Shown in pieces: positions 5,892 to 13,717 of a stretch of DNA of 38,727 bases; position 1 is the first letter of the stretch, and every line of letters begins with the position of its first letter. The DNA is from an uncultured Anaerolineales bacterium. Its GTDB lineage: Bacteria > Chloroflexota > Anaerolineae > B4-G1. The DNA is taken from the NCBI GenBank assembly GCA_964597105.1, contig CAZQXX010000004.1, forward strand, positions 1 to 38,727, given 5' to 3'. The position numbers and the translations under genes are program-made. The notes under the pieces are model-generated. The model made no database searches. It had not been told where the DNA came from and saw nothing but the letters and a program-made list of their open reading frames with translations.

Positions 5892-8687
5892 ATGACAATC
5901 AGAGTCAGCTCTGGGATCAAGGTTGGAGCATTTGGGGTCATAGCGTTAGCTCTGGCACTCAGCCTGTCGCCAGTCGATCATCGTCTCCAAACGCGCCCCG
6001 GATCGATCGCCTTGGCGCAGACCACCGCCGACCTGTGGGTCGACGCGGTAAGCGGCCACGATAGTAACTCCGGGTTGAGTCGCTCCGCGCCATTCCGAAC
6101 AATCCAGAAGGCGGCCAGTCAAGCCGAACCGGGAACCACCGTGCACATCCTCCCCGGCGTCTACCGTGAATCCGTCCGTCCGGCTGTGAGCGGTGCCGCC
6201 GACGCGCCGATCACGTACGTCGCCGAAGCGGGGCCTGGCACCGTGGTCCTGCGGGGGTCCGAACCGTCGTCGTCGCTCGAGTGGCGAAGACCGTCCGATG
6301 ACCCGCTGGACCTGCCCGATGGGGTTGATCCGTCCAATATCTACTACGCTGATCTATCCGCCTGGGGCCTGGATGAGGCACCGCGCTTTGTGGTTCAGCT
6401 GGACGCACAGGGCGAGGTCGCTGCCCGGCTCCCCCTGGCCCGCGAGCCCGATTGGCACGTGGAGACCGACTGGCGATACCACGAGCTGTGGTGGACGGCC
6501 GACGGGGGCTCCTTCGTCGCCCAATGCGATCCCGCTGCCGATTCCGACTGGAACTGTGACCTCCCCTCCCGATGTGAGAATCAACTGACCGACGTCAATC
6601 ACTTCCCGGAGCCGGATCCGCGCATTGAGGCCGGTGACCTGACGTCCCTCGGGAACCTCACCGGCGCCACGCTGGTGGCTCTGGATGCCAAATGGGGTCA
6701 TTACGTCTACAGGCGTCAGATCGCGGGTCACGATGTCGCAGCGGGCCGCATCACCGTCGGCAGCGAGTGTCTCCAGGACGGCGGTTGGGAGGATCCGGGC
6801 CTGGGGTGGGGGACGAAGTACTACGTGGAGGATCATCCGGCCCTGCTCGACTCGCCCGGGGAGTGGTGGTACGACCAAACGACTGGTCGTCTCTACCTCT
6901 GGTCGCCCGGAGGCGGGAACCCGGCGGCGATGGACATCGAGATCTCGAGACGGGACGACGGTTTCGATCTGACGGACCGTTCCCACATCGCGATCGATGG
7001 ACTGACCATCGAGATCGTCAACCGGAACGCCGTCAAGCAGGGATGGGGGACGGGCTTCCATCAGGGGAATGCGATCCGCAACAGCACGTTACGCTACGCC
7101 GATTTCGGCGTCGTCGTGCTCCAGTCCGGTGACGGTGTCACACGGGACTTCCGCCTGGAGGACTCGGAGATCGCCCACATAGATACGAACGGCCTCTACA
7201 TCTCCGAGTGGTGGGACGGCGCGCCATCCCCCGGCCCCAACTGGGCCCCGAGCACACGAGACATCGTCATCAAGGGCAACGAGATGCACCACCTCGGCTT
7301 CCGTTCCGACACCGATAATGCCATCGGCGTCAAGATCCAGTTCGCCAACCAGCTCCGCTTCGAGGACAACCACGTTCACGACGTGGCCCACAACGGGGTG
7401 CAGTTTCTCTGGTCCGTGATCGACTCGGACAAGACGTACGACTTCTCACCCGACGAGATCAAGACCGGGGGGATCCTGGTCAAGGACAACCTCATCGAGG
7501 ACACCTGCCAGCTCACCACCGACTGCGCGGCGTTGAAGTTCTGGGGCCAGCCGCCGGATAATCACGTCTTCCGCGACGTGCTCGTGACCGGCAACGTCTT
7601 CCGCGATAACCTGGCGTGGACCTACGTCGGTGAGCAGCGCGTGGGATGGTGGATGGGGGGCGAGAGCTGCGAGGTGCAGGGCCGGGCCGGGTTCGGGCTC
7701 TACCTCGACTATGCCAGCGGCATCCACGCCTACCGGAACATCGCCTATAACAACGCGTACGCCGGGTTCATGCTCGTCGGTACCTGGCGGGACGGTGACG
7801 TCCTCTTCTACGACAACGTGGCAGCCAATTCCCTCTATGGCTTCCGACCCAGCGGGACGGTTGACGACACGCATCAGGGGAGCGTCAACACCCAGATCGT
7901 CAACAACGCCATCGTCGGTAACGAGGGGTACGGGATCTACCAGTGCACGAAGGAAGAGGCGTTCGGCAACCTGGTCATTGACCGCAACCTGTACTACAAC
8001 AACGGGTGGCGGGCCTACGCTGATGGCGGCGTGTGGAAACCGGGCGCTATGGCCATCCGCGTCGAAGGGGCGTCTCAGCAGTACTACCAGACCGTCGCCG
8101 AGATCCAGCAGCACCCTCAACGCTGGGAGCTCCACGGCGTGGGGGGCGATCCCGGCTTCGCCCGTTACGACCCGTCCGATCACGACCTCACGAATGGCTC
8201 CTGGCCGGATTTCCATCTGACGCCATCGAGCCAGCTGGGCGTCGATCAGGGAGCTGCGCTGCCAGATTCACTCACGGGGTTGCTAAGCGCGTTCGGGGTC
8301 GACGATCCTCAATGGGGGCCGGCTTGGGACATCGGGCGGTATGAGGGGAGCTTCGTCGTCTCCCCGAGTCCCTCCGCCCAGTCCATCGATCCCGGCGGGA
8401 CGGCGTCTTACACTCTCTTGGTCGAGTGTCTGAGCGAGTTCGCCTCGCCCGTGACCGTCGACGTCGAAAGCCCCGATCCCCGTTTCGAGATCACGGTCGA
8501 TCCGACGGTTGTCACGTCCGACGGGGAAGTGGCGCTGATGGTCACCGACACCGAGGGCGATGCTGCCGGACATTACCGCGTGCCGGTGACGGCGACTGGT
8601 GGAGGATTCACCCATCCAGCCGTCGTGGATCTCTTCGTGGGCGGATCGCAGGTCTATCTGCCGCTGGTCGTCAAGGGACTGCCCTAG
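5892..8687 (+). CDS. secreted right-handed parallel beta-helix protein (DUF1565/pectate-lyase-fold; polysaccharide lyase, hydrolase or epimerase-like) with C-terminal Ig-like domain
   Basis: Signal peptide present. The N-terminal segment LWVDAVSGHDSNSGLSRSAPFRTIQKAASQAEPGTTVHILPGVY is typical of DUF1565/beta-helix proteins. There are many N/G/D-rich coil repeats (NxxxxN, GNxFxDN). The C-terminal roughly 100 aa look beta-sandwich-like. Confidence 0.8.
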   Translation: MTIRVSSGIKVGAFGVIALALALSLSPVDHRLQTRPGSIALAQTTADLWVDAVSGHDSNSGLSRSAPFRTIQKAASQAEPGTTVHILPGVYRESVRPAVSGAADAPITYVAEAGPGTVVLRGSEPSSSLEWRRPSDDPLDLPDGVDPSNIYYADLSAWGLDEAPRFVVQLDAQGEVAARLPLAREPDWHVETDWRYHELWWTADGGSFVAQCDPAADSDWNCDLPSRCENQLTDVNHFPEPDPRIEAGDLTSLGNLTGATLVALDAKWGHYVYRRQIAGHDVAAGRITVGSECLQDGGWEDPGLGWGTKYYVEDHPALLDSPGEWWYDQTTGRLYLWSPGGGNPAAMDIEISRRDDGFDLTDRSHIAIDGLTIEIVNRNAVKQGWGTGFHQGNAIRNSTLRYADFGVVVLQSGDGVTRDFRLEDSEIAHIDTNGLYISEWWDGAPSPGPNWAPSTRDIVIKGNEMHHLGFRSDTDNAIGVKIQFANQLRFEDNHVHDVAHNGVQFLWSVIDSDKTYDFSPDEIKTGGILVKDNLIEDTCQLTTDCAALKFWGQPPDNHVFRDVLVTGNVFRDNLAWTYVGEQRVGWWMGGESCEVQGRAGFGLYLDYASGIHAYRNIAYNNAYAGFMLVGTWRDGDVLFYDNVAANSLYGFRPSGTVDDTHQGSVNTQIVNNAIVGNEGYGIYQCTKEEAFGNLVIDRNLYYNNGWRAYADGGVWKPGAMAIRVEGASQQYYQTVAEIQQHPQRWELHGVGGDPGFARYDPSDHDLTNGSWPDFHLTPSSQLGVDQGAALPDSLTGLLSAFGVDDPQWGPAWDIGRYEGSFVVSPSPSAQSIDPGGTASYTLLVECLSEFASPVTVDVESPDPRFEITVDPTVVTSDGEVALMVTDTEGDAAGHYRVPVTATGGGFTHPAVVDLFVGGSQVYLPLVVKGLP

Positions 8688-8691
8688 CCCC

Positions 8692-9714
8692 TCAAGCTGC
8701 TCCAGCCCCTCCGCTGGTCAGATCGAACCCGAATTTGAGCGGGTCCTCTGGATCCACGACGAACTGGTTGAAGCCCGTCACCCAGGCCTGGCCCGTGATC
8801 TCCGGTACGACGACCGGTTGATTCCCCATCCGCTCCTCGCGCAGCAGACGCCCGGTGAAGCGGGTGCCGATGATGCTCTCATTCACGAACCTCTGCTGGA
8901 GGCCGAGCCGCCCTGCGGCGTGAAGCGCGGCCATCTTGGCGCTCGTCCCGGTGCCGCACGGCGATCGGTCCACTTGGCCTGTGCCAAAGACAACGACGTT
9001 CCGGCAGTAGGCCCCGTCTTCTCCCTCGAGTTCCTCGTAGATCTCCACCAGATCGACGGTGTCGATGTGCGGCTGTGTGGGATGGACGACGTCGATCTGC
9101 TCGGCGATGGCTGCCAGGATGGCCCTTCCGCGCTCTATCAGCTCGGGCAGATGGGCCAGCTCGACCGCCAGCCCCAGGCTCTCCGCCGACACCAGAGCGA
9201 AGAAGTTTCCCCCGAAGGAGATGTCCAGTGGTACCGTCCCCCCGAGAGTGTCGATGGTCACCCCGCGGCGATAGACGAACGCGGGCACGTTCTCCACAGC
9301 GACCGCCCCGATGTGACCATCCTCTATCTGTGCGCGGGCGCGGACCAGGCCGGCCGGCGTGTCGAGCCGCACCTCCGTCGTCGGCTCCTTCAGTGGGACC
9401 AGCCCGGTCGTCAGGGCAGCCACGACTGCACCGATCGACCCGTGTCCGCACATCGCCAGGTAGCCCCCGCCGTCCATGAAGATCACGCCGATGTCCGCCT
9501 TGGCATGGGCCGGCTCCATGATGATCGCGCCGAACATGTCGGCGTGACCCCGCGGCTCGTGCATCAGGGCCGTGCGGACGAAATCGTACTCATGCTGCAG
9601 CTGACGCCGTTTCTCCGCCATCGTACCCTGCAGGAACGGGACGCCGGAGACGACCACCCGGGTCGGCTCACCGGCCGTATGCGTGTCCACGGTCTGGAAT
9701 ACGTGTTCGTACAC
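8692..9714 (-). CDS. proline racemase / 4-hydroxyproline 2-epimerase family enzyme
   Basis: The family N-terminus VDTHTAGEPTRVV is present, and both catalytic Cys motifs are present (AMCGHGSIG and DRSPCGTGTSAKMA). This argues for a Cys-Cys racemase/epimerase rather than a 3-Hyp dehydratase. GTG start with AAGGAG 7 nt upstream. Confidence 0.9.
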   Translation of the reverse strand: MYEHVFQTVDTHTAGEPTRVVVSGVPFLQGTMAEKRRQLQHEYDFVRTALMHEPRGHADMFGAIIMEPAHAKADIGVIFMDGGGYLAMCGHGSIGAVVAALTTGLVPLKEPTTEVRLDTPAGLVRARAQIEDGHIGAVAVENVPAFVYRRGVTIDTLGGTVPLDISFGGNFFALVSAESLGLAVELAHLPELIERGRAILAAIAEQIDVVHPTQPHIDTVDLVEIYEELEGEDGAYCRNVVVFGTGQVDRSPCGTGTSAKMAALHAAGRLGLQQRFVNESIIGTRFTGRLLREERMGNQPVVVPEITGQAWVTGFNQFVVDPEDPLKFGFDLTSGGAGAA

Positions 9715-9831
9715 TCGGTTTCTCCTTCGTGTGCTACCGGGTCATGCTGAGGGCTGGTGCTCCGTGGCTTTTCGGGTCCTGGCAGTCAGCCGTTCAATCG
9801 TCTGCCTGTGGATCTGCGCCAGCTGTTTGTT

Positions 9832-10809
9832 CTACAGGGGCAGCCAGGTGCCGATCTCTTTCTCGACCGCCCGTTCGTAGATAGAGGGCGCAACGGCCAT
9901 ATCGTCGATCGCCAGGCCCAGGTTGCACGTCATCGTACGCTCTTCCGCTGTCTCGCGCCCCGGCTTCTTCCCGGTCACCAGCTCGCCCACGTCTGCGTGG
10001 ATTGGCGGGATATCCTGGAAGTAGCCGATGCTCCTGTAGTGCTCTAGCTGCGGCACGTCGTCCGTGCAGAACTTGTCGACCTCTTTCATCGCGTCGGGGT
10101 GCCAGTAGGAGTCGAAATCGACCAGCGAGGCGAAGGCGCCTTCGTCCAGCCACCCGGCCTGAATCGTGGCGTGCGGTTCCTTCAGGATCGGTCCGGCGGT
10201 GACCACCATGTCACAGCCGGTCACAGCCTCCCGGGGCGTCTCCACGGGGTCCACCTCCAGCTCGAATCGAGATTCAATCTCGTCGGCAAAGCGGTCCAGG
10301 GCCGCCCGGTCCACGTCGTAAGCCATCACTCTCTCCAGCGGGAAGAGGACGTTGAGCGCTTCGGTGTTGGTATGCCCCTGCACCCCGCAGCCCAGGACCC
10401 CGAGCACGGCGGAGTCGGGGCGCGCCAGCTGCCGCGCGGCCACGGCGGTCGCGGCAGCCGTGCGCATCGCCGTGATCCACACGCAATCCATCACCGCGAT
10501 GGGCAACCCCGTCTCCGGATCGTTCAGGATGAGGAGGCCTGTGATGTAGGGCAGGTCGCGCTTGTGGTTCTCGGGGAAGCCGCTGACCCACTTGACCCCG
10601 GCTGAGTTCATCGCCGGGATGTACGCGGGCATGGCGTGGATGAAGTTGTCGCCACCTCCGGGATGAATGCCGGGCTTGGGCGGCATCTCCACGCGGCCCT
10701 TCCCCTTCTCACCGAACGCGGTCTCTACCAGGTCGATGATCTCCGCCATCGTCAGACCGGCGGATGCGACGTCAGCCTGGGACAGGTAGAGCAGGTCTCG
10801 ATCGTCCAT
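9832..10809 (-). CDS. ornithine cyclodeaminase / mu-crystallin family protein (possible pyrroline-2-carboxylate reductase)
   Basis: Family-typical N-terminus and Rossmann motif LGVLGCGVQGHTN. ATG start with AAGGAGA upstream. Confidence 0.85.
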   Translation of the reverse strand: MDDRDLLYLSQADVASAGLTMAEIIDLVETAFGEKGKGRVEMPPKPGIHPGGGDNFIHAMPAYIPAMNSAGVKWVSGFPENHKRDLPYITGLLILNDPETGLPIAVMDCVWITAMRTAAATAVAARQLARPDSAVLGVLGCGVQGHTNTEALNVLFPLERVMAYDVDRAALDRFADEIESRFELEVDPVETPREAVTGCDMVVTAGPILKEPHATIQAGWLDEGAFASLVDFDSYWHPDAMKEVDKFCTDDVPQLEHYRSIGYFQDIPPIHADVGELVTGKKPGRETAEERTMTCNLGLAIDDMAVAPSIYERAVEKEIGTWLPL

Positions 10810-11007
10810 AGGTGTCTCTCCTTGTCTGGGTAGTCAGTTGCTTTCTTGTTCGCGAGCTCCTACCGGGGGCTGTGTGAGTCGCGACCCCGGTCTGTCTCGT
10901 GTTCACGCCGCTTTTGAGCGCTCATGCCTCCCGGGACAGTGCCTGCGTCACGGCGTCGCGGCACGGTATCACGTCGTGCAGACTGGGCGCGCGGAGATTC
11001 CCCTCTG

Positions 11008-13611
11008 CTACGAGATGGCTTCCAGCAGGCGCTCAGTCAGGGCCTTGGCGCCCGGGTCGAGGTCCCCGACCGGGCCGACGCAGGCGGGGCACCCGTCGGT
11101 GCAGCCGCATTCCCTCACCCGGGCCAGTGCGGCCTCCAGCAGTTCGTCGTGGATCCCGTATATCTGAGGGCTGAGCCCGGCACCGCCCGGGACGGTGTCA
11201 TACAACGTCACTGTCGGCAACCCCGTCTCTGAGGACCGTGCCTCCACGGCCGAGCCCAGGTCCCCCGGCGCGCACATCAGATGGAGCGGCGCCAGGTTCC
11301 GCAGCAAGTAGGCGAGCCCTCCCAGGGCGCCGCGGGCCCCCCGCGCCCGCTCGGCCTGTCGATGACAGGACGGGCAGAGCGTGATCAGATTGTCGAGCTT
11401 GTTCGCCAGCTCGTAGAGGTCGTTCTTGCCCGGCACGTAGCCGAAAGATCGGAACGGCGTCAGGTGGTGGACGTCGTGGCGGCGTCCGTCCCGCTCCGGC
11501 GCGCCGCAGCGTCGGCAGCGGTAGTGGTCTCTAGCACGGGCCGCATCCCGCTGCGTTGCCCAGTTGGGGCCATAGTCGATCTTCGGTTTGAGAATCCCCG
11601 CCCGTTGCAGATCTTCGGTCAGCTCTTCCGAGAGGGCCAGCCAGTAGCCCATAGTCTCCATCTTCTGCTCCGGTAGGTCTATGGGGGCCCAGCTCAGCAC
11701 CTCGTGCGTATACCGCTTGATCCTCCGGTACCCTGTCGCCCGGCTTGTGATCATCAGCTCGCCATAGGCGTGCGAGGCCGGCGAGCGGGCCGCAACACGC
11801 TCGGCGTCCCGCGGAGCGCCGCGCGCAGCGCCCCTGTCATCGGTAGCACGGAGCACCTGGAGCACGTCCACCTCCGTCGTGCCACTCGCCCGGGTGTAGT
11901 AATCGAGCGTGGTGGGCCGGACGTGGGCGATGCCATCCTCCCAGTCCAGGGACTCCACCACGTAGGTCTGGCCGGCGTGCAGATACACCGCGCCTTCATG
12001 CACGAGGGTCGGGGCGCTGGGACGATCCATCTCCCCGATCACTTCCGGCGCGTCGCTCTCTTCCCCTGCGACCTTCTGGATGACGATGTTATCCGGGGAG
12101 CTGGTCCGCAGAGAGAGCTGTGCCGCTGGATACCCTTCGCCGATCCACGCGTAGTGGCCGTTGTAGCGGTGGAGCAGATCCTCGTCCGCCAGCGCGTCGA
12201 GGACTGCCTCGACCTCATCGAAGGTGCCGAACGACTCTCCGGGCTCGAAGGGCAGCTCGAACGCCGCGCAGGCCAGATGATTGGTGAGCACGGCCAAGTT
12301 GTCGGGGTCAAGCAGCGCATGTTCGACTGGCTGGCCGAAGAAGAAATCGGGATGCGTGATGAGATACTGATCCAGGGGCAGGGCGCTGGCGACCAGCACG
12401 GCGGTCGAAAGCCCCGCCCGCCGGCCGGCGCGGCCCGCCTGCTGCCACGCGCTGGCCATGGTCCCGGGATAGCCGGTCATGACGCAGGCGCTGAGCTGAC
12501 CGATGTCGATGCCCAGCTCCAAAGCGTTGGTGGCCACGACGCCTCGGACCGTCCCATCGCGCAGGCCGTGCTCGATGGCGCGTCGCTCGCTCGGGAGATA
12601 GCCACCCCGGTACCCCTCGATCTGGTGGGGGTCGCCGCCCGCGCCCGTCACGGCGTCCCGGAGGTAGCCGAGCAGCACCTCAGTGGTCAGTCGAGCGCGG
12701 GCGAAGACGATGGTCTGCACGTCGGCCGTCAGGAATTGAGCGGCGACGTCCTTTGCCACCAGGGTGGCGCTGCGCCGAATCCCGAGCTGTCTGTCGACCA
12801 GCGGGGGATTATAGAGTACGACGTGCTTCTCGCCTTGAGGGGCGCCGTCGTCGTCGACCAGGCTGACCGGGGCCTCGACTAGGCGCTCCGCCAGCTCGCG
12901 CGGATTGGCGATGGTGGCCGAGGCACAGATGAAACGGGGGTCGGCCCCATAGAAACGACAGATTCGTTGCATCCGCCGCAGCACGTTCGCCACGTGTCCG
13001 CCGAACACACCGCGGTAGGTGTGTATCTCATCGAGCACCACGAAGCGCAGGTTGCTGAAGAAGCGCATCCAGCGCGTATGATGAGGGAGGATCCCGACGT
13101 GGAGCATATCCGGGTTGGTGACCAGAAGCCGGGCCTCATTGCGGATCGTCGAGCGCTGGGCGGATGGGGTATCCCCGTCGTAAGCGCGCACCTTGATCGG
13201 CGCGGCCAGCCTCGAGGCCCGGGCCTTGAGGCCGGATATCATGGATGATAGCTCTGCAATCTGATCGTGAGCCAGCGCTTTCGTGGGGAAAATGTAGAGC
13301 GCACACGCCTGCGGATCGTTGAGAAGCGTGTCCACGACGGGGGCGTTATAGGCCAGGGTCTTCCCGGAGGCGGTGGGCGTGGAGAGGACGACGTGCTCGC
13401 CCGTCAGCGTGGCTTCCATCGCTTGAGCTTGATGGACGTAGGGCTGGTCAATTCCCTGGGCGCGGATGGTGGCCACCAGCCGCGGGTCGAGCGCCTTCGG
13501 CCAGCGGGCGGTGCGTGCCTGGCGCGCGGGAACCCGCTGCCACGCGGTCACACACCGCATAAACGAGGGATCCTGCCGAAAGGAATCCAGAACGTCGGAA
13601 AGCAATGCCAT
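11008..13611 (-). CDS. mrfA: MrfA/YprA-type (COG1205) DExH-box helicase with C-terminal DUF1998 Zn-Cys cluster and an inserted HNH-like module
   Basis: Walker A TPTASGKT (residues 78-85); DEIH (194-197); helicase C motifs (VATNALELGIDIG, QQAGRAGRR); terminal cluster ECGCTDGCPAC (835-844). The extra segment at 696-751 carries CxxC..HH..N..CxxCH. Confidence 0.85.
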   Translation of the reverse strand: MALLSDVLDSFRQDPSFMRCVTAWQRVPARQARTARWPKALDPRLVATIRAQGIDQPYVHQAQAMEATLTGEHVVLSTPTASGKTLAYNAPVVDTLLNDPQACALYIFPTKALAHDQIAELSSMISGLKARASRLAAPIKVRAYDGDTPSAQRSTIRNEARLLVTNPDMLHVGILPHHTRWMRFFSNLRFVVLDEIHTYRGVFGGHVANVLRRMQRICRFYGADPRFICASATIANPRELAERLVEAPVSLVDDDGAPQGEKHVVLYNPPLVDRQLGIRRSATLVAKDVAAQFLTADVQTIVFARARLTTEVLLGYLRDAVTGAGGDPHQIEGYRGGYLPSERRAIEHGLRDGTVRGVVATNALELGIDIGQLSACVMTGYPGTMASAWQQAGRAGRRAGLSTAVLVASALPLDQYLITHPDFFFGQPVEHALLDPDNLAVLTNHLACAAFELPFEPGESFGTFDEVEAVLDALADEDLLHRYNGHYAWIGEGYPAAQLSLRTSSPDNIVIQKVAGEESDAPEVIGEMDRPSAPTLVHEGAVYLHAGQTYVVESLDWEDGIAHVRPTTLDYYTRASGTTEVDVLQVLRATDDRGAARGAPRDAERVAARSPASHAYGELMITSRATGYRRIKRYTHEVLSWAPIDLPEQKMETMGYWLALSEELTEDLQRAGILKPKIDYGPNWATQRDAARARDHYRCRRCGAPERDGRRHDVHHLTPFRSFGYVPGKNDLYELANKLDNLITLCPSCHRQAERARGARGALGGLAYLLRNLAPLHLMCAPGDLGSAVEARSSETGLPTVTLYDTVPGGAGLSPQIYGIHDELLEAALARVRECGCTDGCPACVGPVGDLDPGAKALTERLLEAIS

Positions 13612-13622
13612 TGGTGTCGCAG

Positions 13623-13651
13623 ATTATACGCACGTGGAGGTCCTTGTGCAA
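13623..13651 (-). promoter_or_regulatory. near-consensus promoter of the helicase gene (leaderless-type)
   Basis: Minus-strand TTGCAC (plus 13646-13651), 17-nt spacer, TATAAT (plus 13623-13628). Only 11 nt separate the -10 box from the ATG at 13611, and there is no Shine-Dalgarno sequence. Confidence 0.6.
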
Positions 13652-13678
13652 GAGCGGGCGGCGAGGGAGAACGAGACG

Positions 13679-13707
13679 TTGACAGTCGTGCATGATCAAT
13701 GTATAGT
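13679..13707 (+). promoter_or_regulatory. consensus promoter of the HAD-ogt operon (leaderless-type)
   Basis: TTGACA (13679-13684), 17-nt spacer, TATAGT (13702-13707). The ATG at 13718 is only 10 nt after the -10 box. Confidence 0.7.
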
Positions 13708-13717
13708 CTCGAGCGTG

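Noticed and set aside
8599-9750. 383-aa plus-strand ORF covering the whole proline-racemase gene
   Set aside because: It is the antisense shadow of a gene with unmistakable family motifs. The translation is Arg/Gly/Pro/His-rich with no recognisable domain, which is typical of open antisense frames in GC-rich DNA. The same reasoning applies to 1393..2373, 2678..4123, 6354..7061, 7446..8216, 17111..18061, 26553..27398 and 36707..37744.
11704-12882. 392-aa plus-strand ORF inside the helicase gene
   Set aside because: It is antisense to the SF2 helicase core, whose Walker A, DEIH and motif VI are all intact on the minus strand. It has no ribosome-binding site or motifs of its own.
11008-13611. 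Reading the DUF1998 helicase as part of a phage-defence system (DISARM DrmA/B, Druantia DruE-like)
   Set aside because: Its size and domain order match the single-polypeptide MrfA/YprA repair helicases. No methyltransferase, PLD nuclease, separate DUF1998 protein or other defence gene is adjacent. An MrfB-type exonuclease and ogt lie nearby. A defence role for the HNH-bearing variant cannot be strictly excluded without neighbourhood statistics.
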